This document shows, piece by piece, positions 58,203 through 64,000 of a stretch of DNA of 64,000 nt. This DNA comes from an uncultured delta proteobacterium (GTDB lineage Bacteria > Myxococcota_A > Polyangia > Polyangiales > Polyangiaceae), in the NCBI GenBank assembly GCA_963696385.1, contig CAVOKF010000003.1, forward strand, positions 96,001-160,000. Direction: 5' to 3'. Within the stretch, counting starts at the first letter, position 1; every line of letters begins with the position of its first letter. The position numbers were made by a program, and so were the translations under genes. Under the pieces are notes generated by a model. The model saw only the letters and a list, made by a program, of their open reading frames with translations. It ran no database searches and was not told the DNA's origin.

Positions 58203-58829
58203 ACCGCTTGGCGTCGGCGAACATGTCGACATTGGTGAACACGTACGTCGCATGCTCGTTGTCGGCGACCCGGGCAATTTCCGCGAGCTTCTCGATGGCC
58301 GGGTCCTCGTAGCGGCTCTTGTGCCCCGCCGGACCCGGTAGGCGGTAGTAGGCAACGCTGCCACGGCTCGTGCCGCTCGCAAGCGGGTCACGCGCCGCAA
58401 TCGCCCCGCTGTCGGAAGCCAGCCCTTCCGCTTCGTCGGGGTCCCACGTGGACGGCGGCTCCCACACAATACGCTTGAACTTCCTCTTGACGCCGGACAG
58501 AAACTCTTTAACGCGCTTTTGTTCCCACGCGATGAGGCAAAATCGGCGGACGCGACGAAGATGGCGGTCTGTGCATCCAGCTCCTTCGCAACATCGGTTA
58601 GGCTGCGAATCGCAGTCTCGGTAACCTTGCCCGCGCGAAAGCCCTCCTGCCCAATCTCACGGGGAGCAAGCAACGCAAACCCGAACCCTTCAGGGGCTTC
58701 CCTGCGCCAACGTCGCATGGTCCCGGTTCCAGGTTGGGCGATGTGGGTCTCCTGCACCTCAACGAACAGGAACTCCTTGAAGTAACGCGTCGCGGGGACA
58801 GGAAAGCCAGCGCACCCAATCGTGACCAT
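58180..58829 (-). pseudogene. DUF72 (YecE-like) gene split by a single-base frameshift near 58510; pseudogene or sequence error
   Basis: N-half MVTIGCAGF...FVEVQETH...RRWRREAPEGF in one frame. C-half VKEFLSG...VWEPP...YYRLPG...YVFTN in the -1 frame. Confidence 0.75.
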
Positions 58830-58888
58830 TGCCCGCTGCGACTGTAGCACGACGGGCCCTCGAAGGGCGCCGCCCTTGGGACCGGAGT

Positions 58889-59494
58889 TCAAGGCATTCT
58901 CACCGGCTCTTCACTGGCCGCGGCATCGCCGAGCAACTTGGACGCCAGTTTGAGTCCGAGGCGACGGGCGGCGGCACGCAGGGCATCGGCCTCATGAAAG
59001 GCCGAACCCCGCGGATCCAGAACCCCTTGAATTCGGTCGACGGCAATCACCTCATCGGCGCGAATGTCGCCGGTGTCGCGCTCCCGCTGCCCTCCGGCGT
59101 TGCTGACGACCCAGGCCCTCGCGAGAATGCCTACATCGGTCGCGCGGGCCATCGGCCCCGTGGTCCCCACGGTCATGGCTTCGCTCGACTCGTCGGTTTT
59201 GAGCACTTCGATCTCGGCTCTCGGGAACCCGTCTCCCGGTGCAAGCGATCCGGCCTGTGCCAGTCCCTCTCTCATCCCGCTGGCGACTTCCTCGCTTGCG
59301 ACCGGATCCGGCACTCGCGCTCGAACGAGCATCACATGAAGACGTTCGGTCGGCCCTGCACCGTATACCGGATGATAGCCACACGCGCCGGCCGTCGAGG
59401 CCGCGACCAACAGGCCGAACTCGGCTGCCGATCCGCGTCTCGCCCATTTTGCCCCCAGCGTCGACAGGGCGACCGAGAGACGACGGAATCTCAA
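58889..59494 (-). CDS. lptE: LptE-like LPS assembly lipoprotein
   Basis: GACGYHPVYG lipobox/CGY start; overlaps the leuS stop (conserved leuS-lptE order). Confidence 0.72.
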   Translation of the reverse strand: MRFRRLSVALSTLGAKWARRGSAAEFGLLVAASTAGACGYHPVYGAGPTERLHVMLVRARVPDPVASEEVASGMREGLAQAGSLAPGDGFPRAEIEVLKTDESSEAMTVGTTGPMARATDVGILARAWVVSNAGGQRERDTGDIRADEVIAVDRIQGVLDPRGSAFHEADALRAAARRLGLKLASKLLGDAAASEEPVRMP

Positions 59495-61983
59495 GCGACG
59501 ATGAAGTTCATGATTTTCCCTTTAACATAGATGATTTTCTTCACGACATTTCCGTGAACGTAAGCATGGACCCGCTCCTCGTGGAGCGCAGCTTCGCGCG
59601 CCGTCGCCTCGTCGGCGTCAACGGCAATCGTGATGGTACCTCGCAGCTTGCCATTGACCTGAACTCCGATCTCGACGACGTCGTCTCGTACCAGCGCCGG
59701 ATCGAACTCGGGCCATGGCGCATACGCGAGCGACCGTGCCTTGGCCTCGCCGACCCGCTCCCATAACTCCTCGCTCACGTGCGGCGCCATGGGCGAGAGC
59801 AACAACACGAGCGTCCTCACGGCATCGCGCGGCGGCCGATCGAGGGCGGTCAGATGCTTGACGAGGATCATCAGCGCGCTTATAGCCGTGTTGAAGTGGA
59901 GCGACTCGATGTCGCGAGTCACCTTCTCGATCGTCTTGTGCACGAGTCGACGCGTCGCATGATCGGTTGCGGCTGGATCGGTCGAAAGCGGTCGAGTCGC
60001 GACGTTCCACGCGCGATCGAGAAACCGACGTATGCCTTCGATCCCGCTGGTTTGCCAGGGCTTCACCTGCTCAAGAGGCCCCATGAACATTTCGTACAGC
60101 CGTAGTGCGTCGGCGCCATAGACACGTACGACGTCGTCCGGATTCACGACGTTGCCGCGGGCCTTGCTCATCTTCTCGTTGTTTTCGCCGAGGACCATCC
60201 CCTGATGCACTAGCTTGAGAAATGGCTCGGCGTCTTTCACCATGCCGATGTCGTAGAGCACTTTGTGCCAAAACCGCGCGTAGAGCAGGTGGAGAACCGC
60301 GTGCTCGCTACCGCCTACGTAAAGATCGACGGGCATCCAATCCGAATAGGTGCCCGGCGTCCAGGGTTGCCGATCATCGACAGGGTCGAGATAACGCAGG
60401 TAGTACCAACACGACCCGGCCCACTGCGGCATGGTGTTCGTTTCGCGAGCGTACCAGCGTCCGCCGTCCTCAAAAAAACGCCAGTCCACTGCCCGGGCGA
60501 GAGCGCCTGCGGGATCGTCGCCGGGGCGGAAGTCTTCGAGATCCGGAAGGCGCAGCGGCAGCTGGTCTTCGCGCACCGGCAACGGCTGTTCGTAATGAAT
60601 CGTGAACTTCGCGCCGGGCTTGCGTGGATCTCCGTCGCTGGTGACCGGGAAAAAAATGGGAATTGGTTCACCCCAGTAGCGCTGTCGCGAGAAAACCCAA
60701 TCGCGCATTCGATACGTAACCTTCGCGCCCCCCTTGCCTCTCGCCGCCAGCCAGGCCGTCATGAGCGTGCGGGCCTCGGCGCTCGTCGCTCCCACGGGCA
60801 CTTCGACCTTCACGTGTCGGTACCGAACGACGCCGTCGTCCGTAAACGCGCGCGTTTTGACATCGACCACGCCGTTGTCCATCGGGAAGACGACCTGAAT
60901 CACGGGAAGATCGTGAGCGATCGCGAAGGCGTGGTCTCGCTCGTCGTGGGCCGGCACCGCCATGACCGCACCGGTGCCGTAGGTGGCGACCACGTAGTCG
61001 GCGATCCATACCGGAACCTCCTGCCCCGTAATCGGGTTGCGCGCGCGAGCGCCGAGCGGCACTCCGGTCTTCGCCTTCGTCTCGGTCCGATCGAAATCGC
61101 TTTTTCGGCGCGCCGCGTCGACGTAAGCCGAGACGGCACTCTCGTACTTTGGAGTCACGAGCGCGCCCACGAGCGGGTGCTCGGGCGCGACGACGAGATA
61201 CGTGACCCCCGGAAGCGTATCGGCACGCGTCGTGAATACGCGAATGCTCGCCCCCGGGGAGTCCACGACCTCGAAGTCGATTTCGGTTCCCTCGCTCCGG
61301 CCAATCCAGTGACGCTGCTTGGCCTTCGTGTCCGGCCAATCGAGCGATTCCAAGTCGGCGTCGAGTCGGTCCGCATAGGCCGTGATCTTGAGCATCCATT
61401 GCCGGATGGGCATTCGCTCAACGGGGTATCCGCCACGCTCGCTCTTGCCGTCGACGACCTCTTCGTTCGCGAGCACCGTGCCGAGCGCCGGACACCAGTT
61501 GACGGGAATCTCCGCCTGATAGGCGAGACCGCGCTCGAACAACTTCAGGAAGATCCACTGCGTCCACTTGACGTAGTGCGGGTCCGTCGTGTCGATCTCG
61601 CGCGACCAATCGTAGCTGAAGCCCAGCATCTTCAGCTGTCGTCTGAATGTCGCGATATTCCTCCGCGTCGTGTCCCGCGGGTGGGTATGGGTCGCAATCG
61701 CATGCTGTTCGGCCGGCAATCCGAATGCGTCCCAGCCCATCGGATGAAGCACGTCGAAGCCGCGCATTCGCGCGTACCGCGCGACGATGTCGGTTGCGGT
61801 GTACCCCTCCGGGTGGCCGACGTGGAGGCCGGCGCCCGACGGATACGGAAACATGTCGAGGACGTAAAGCTTCTTTCGGCCCGGATGGCGCTCCGACCGA
61901 AACGTTGCATGCTCGTCCCAATATTTCTGCCACTTCGGCTCGATGACGGCCGGATCGTAACGGTCTAGCGAGGCTTCGATCAT
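59491..61983 (-). CDS. leuS: Leucyl-tRNA synthetase
   Basis: MFPYPSGAGLHVGH (HIGH), editing-domain VFTTR...GTGAVMAVPAHD, KMSKARGN, VQVNGKLR. Confidence 0.98.
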   Translation of the reverse strand: MIEASLDRYDPAVIEPKWQKYWDEHATFRSERHPGRKKLYVLDMFPYPSGAGLHVGHPEGYTATDIVARYARMRGFDVLHPMGWDAFGLPAEQHAIATHTHPRDTTRRNIATFRRQLKMLGFSYDWSREIDTTDPHYVKWTQWIFLKLFERGLAYQAEIPVNWCPALGTVLANEEVVDGKSERGGYPVERMPIRQWMLKITAYADRLDADLESLDWPDTKAKQRHWIGRSEGTEIDFEVVDSPGASIRVFTTRADTLPGVTYLVVAPEHPLVGALVTPKYESAVSAYVDAARRKSDFDRTETKAKTGVPLGARARNPITGQEVPVWIADYVVATYGTGAVMAVPAHDERDHAFAIAHDLPVIQVVFPMDNGVVDVKTRAFTDDGVVRYRHVKVEVPVGATSAEARTLMTAWLAARGKGGAKVTYRMRDWVFSRQRYWGEPIPIFFPVTSDGDPRKPGAKFTIHYEQPLPVREDQLPLRLPDLEDFRPGDDPAGALARAVDWRFFEDGGRWYARETNTMPQWAGSCWYYLRYLDPVDDRQPWTPGTYSDWMPVDLYVGGSEHAVLHLLYARFWHKVLYDIGMVKDAEPFLKLVHQGMVLGENNEKMSKARGNVVNPDDVVRVYGADALRLYEMFMGPLEQVKPWQTSGIEGIRRFLDRAWNVATRPLSTDPAATDHATRRLVHKTIEKVTRDIESLHFNTAISALMILVKHLTALDRPPRDAVRTLVLLLSPMAPHVSEELWERVGEAKARSLAYAPWPEFDPALVRDDVVEIGVQVNGKLRGTITIAVDADEATAREAALHEERVHAYVHGNVVKKIIYVKGKIMNFIVA

Positions 61984-62083
61984 CGGATCGTGGTCGATTT
62001 AGCACGATCGTGAGTGCATGGGCCGGGCCAGCAGGGCGACCCGCACCCCGCGGTCCGCGATCCGCCGAGCGGCCATCGCACGA

Positions 62084-63019
62084 TCAGTGAGGGAGGCGGA
62101 CCGCGGGGGTGCGCGTTGCGATTTCCCCCACCTCCGCGACCCGCGGCGCTCGGTCTATGGCTCCCTCGCCCGCATCGTTCGGCCTAAACGCATGTTCGTC
62201 CGCGGGAAACGCGCCCGATCGCACATCGTCCACGTAGCGCCTCACCGCATCGACGATGACATGGCCGACCTCCGCGTAGCGCCTCGCGAACCTCGGGGTG
62301 TGGCCGCGCGTCATACCGAGCAGATCGGTACACACGAGCACTTGCCCGTCGCAATGGCCGCCCGCGCCGATCCCGATGGTCGGTACCGTCGACCCGCTCG
62401 TAATCTTCCTGGCCACGTCGGGAGGGACCGCTTCGACCACGATGGCAAACGCTCCAGCGTCTTCGATCGCACGCGCGTCAGCCATGATCTTTGCCGCAGC
62501 GTCGGCGCCGCGCCCTTGCACCTTGAAGCCGCCCATCGCGTGCACACTTTGCGGCAGCAGGCCCACATGTCCCATCACCGGGATGCCCGCGCGGACAATG
62601 CGCGCGACATGCTCGGCCATGGCTTCGCCCCCCTCGAGCTTGACGCTCTCGAAGGCTCCGTCCTTCAAGAGCTTTCCGGCGCTTTCGACGGCTTGAGCCG
62701 GCGACACTTGGTAGCTCATGAACGGCATGTCGCCGACGACATGCGCATGGGTCGATCCGCGCGCGACCGAACGGCCGTGGTAGCAGATCTCGTCGAGGGT
62801 CACCGGAAGCGTATTGGCTCGACCCTGCGCGACCATACCCAGCGAATCGCCGACGAGGATGACATCGGCGCCCGCGGCGTCCACGAGCCGCGCCATCGTG
62901 TAGTCGTACGCCGTCACCATGGCGAGCGCGGGGCCGGTTCGCTTGCGTGCGCGGATGTCGGGAACGGTAACCTTACGGTTGGACTCTGCGGGATCAGCGT
63001 CGTTGGCGTTGCCGTACAT
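62084..63019 (-). CDS. panB: 3-methyl-2-oxobutanoate hydroxymethyltransferase
   Basis: MVTAYD, LVGDSLGM, DMPFMSY, VKLEGG, GHVGLLPQ, TIGIGAG. Confidence 0.97.
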   Translation of the reverse strand: MYGNANDADPAESNRKVTVPDIRARKRTGPALAMVTAYDYTMARLVDAAGADVILVGDSLGMVAQGRANTLPVTLDEICYHGRSVARGSTHAHVVGDMPFMSYQVSPAQAVESAGKLLKDGAFESVKLEGGEAMAEHVARIVRAGIPVMGHVGLLPQSVHAMGGFKVQGRGADAAAKIMADARAIEDAGAFAIVVEAVPPDVARKITSGSTVPTIGIGAGGHCDGQVLVCTDLLGMTRGHTPRFARRYAEVGHVIVDAVRRYVDDVRSGAFPADEHAFRPNDAGEGAIDRAPRVAEVGEIATRTPAVRLPH

Positions 63020-63158
63020 GGCAAACCGGGGTCGCGGCCGGGAAATGCGGAACGGGTGTCTCCGCCCGCGATCGGTCCACGCCTCAAGTCAGGGTAATGC
63101 CCTGCAAAGCCCACCGCAAGATGGCCATCTTCCTGCATTGGCGTTACGTTTCGCGGCC

Positions 63159-63638
63159 GTGCACGGCTGTTCCGGATCGGTGCGAAGCGTGGCGGTCGCC
63201 CTCGGGCGAGCTGTCACGGCATTGGCCTGGCTCGCGGCGTGCGCATGCGATCGCCCCCCGTCGGCCGATTCCCTCAGCGAGTGGACGCCTCGCGACCATC
63301 ACTCGAACGACGACGACAAGCTCGCCCAACAGCGAGCGGGCGGGGCCGGACGCTCGGCCAAGGGCGACCCTACACAGAGCGACATCGCTCAGCTCGTCGA
63401 TCTCGCTTGGCGTCAACAGTGCACGACATGCCACGGTCCGGCGGGCCGTGGCGATGGGCAGATGGGACCCATGCTCCAGGCCCCCGACCTCACCAACGAC
63501 CAGTGGCAGGCTCGCGTGACGGACACGGATATGGCTCGGGCCATCCAGAACGGCAAGAACCGAATGCCTTCTTTCAATCTCCCGCAGCCCGTCCTTCGGG
63601 GGCTCGTTGCGCGGGTCCGGTCGCTCCGGGGAAAATGA
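63159..63638 (+). CDS. Monoheme class I cytochrome c, lipoprotein
   Basis: LAAC/ACAC lipobox, CTTCH heme motif, RMPSF axial Met. GTG start at 63159 or 63180. Confidence 0.88.
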   Translation: MHGCSGSVRSVAVALGRAVTALAWLAACACDRPPSADSLSEWTPRDHHSNDDDKLAQQRAGGAGRSAKGDPTQSDIAQLVDLAWRQQCTTCHGPAGRGDGQMGPMLQAPDLTNDQWQARVTDTDMARAIQNGKNRMPSFNLPQPVLRGLVARVRSLRGK

Positions 63639-63696
63639 TGGGGGGTGCATCGAGTCTCCGCGGTTCGCCCGCCCCCATTCGCGATCCGGTGCGACG

Positions 63697-64000
63697 ATGA
63701 CCCCCTCCTCCGACCGATGTCCTCCGAAGGCGTCGGACGAGCACGTCGAGATCGAGACGCGAGCGCTGTCGACGCCCGGCTCGAAGATCGGAATCCTTGC
63801 GGTGGTCCTCTCGGGATCTGCGAAGGGGGCCACCCGCCCTATCGGGGAGAGGCTTCGAATCGGCAAAGCCGCCGACAACGATTTGGTTCTGGCCGACGAC
63901 ACGGTCTCGCGGCATCACTGCGAGCTCAGTCGAAGCAGCGACGGCGTACGCATTCTGGACCTCGGCTCGACGAACGGCACAAGGGTGCAGGGCGCGCGCG
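63697..64000 (+). CDS. FHA-domain protein, partial; possibly an FHA-sigma54 enhancer-binding protein
   Basis: Manual translation from ATG 63697: ...LRIGKAADNDLVLADDTVSRHHCEL...ILDLGSTNGTRVQGAR; runs off the right edge. Confidence 0.85.
   Translation, partial: MTPSSDRCPPKASDEHVEIETRALSTPGSKIGILAVVLSGSAKGATRPIGERLRIGKAADNDLVLADDTVSRHHCELSRSSDGVRILDLGSTNGTRVQGAR

Overview
GC-rich, gene-dense bacterial chromosome segment. Gene content points to a myxobacterium, probably Sorangiineae/Polyangia-like: giant TPR proteins, a Ser/Thr kinase-STAND-TPR fusion, an FGE-family lectin-fold protein, TPR/PEGA and YWTN-propeller lipoproteins and an FHA protein. This taxonomy is inferred from gene content, not from a search. 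Housekeeping loci: dnaG-rpoD, zwf-opcA-pgl with a convergent glk, ruvX-mltG, hisS, an iscS-type desulfurase, lnt, panB and leuS-lptE, plus glgP. I recognised no rRNA, tRNA, CRISPR array or mobile element. Leads worth following: (1) a left-end partner-switch module (SiaB/Slr1658-like kinase plus SiaC/Slr1659-like STAS protein) divergent from a pseudo-receiver diguanylate cyclase and an HTH-less LacI-type sensor; (2) an uncharacterised ~12 kb TPR/lipoprotein/TerB cluster beside dnaG; (3) a PIG-B/Alg9-like GT22 glycosyltransferase and an FA2H-like hydroxylase; (4) a 46-aa basic microprotein that the ORF track shows only inside a longer ORF; (5) a Pro-aromatic hairpin-repeat exported protein coupled to hisS; (6) recurrent -10 boxes only 6-11 nt before start codons, suggesting leaderless-type expression; (7) a frameshifted DUF72 gene, a 4x43-bp tandem repeat and an unexplained ~860-bp gap after rpoD. 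All family calls come from motifs read by eye, and start codons are best guesses.
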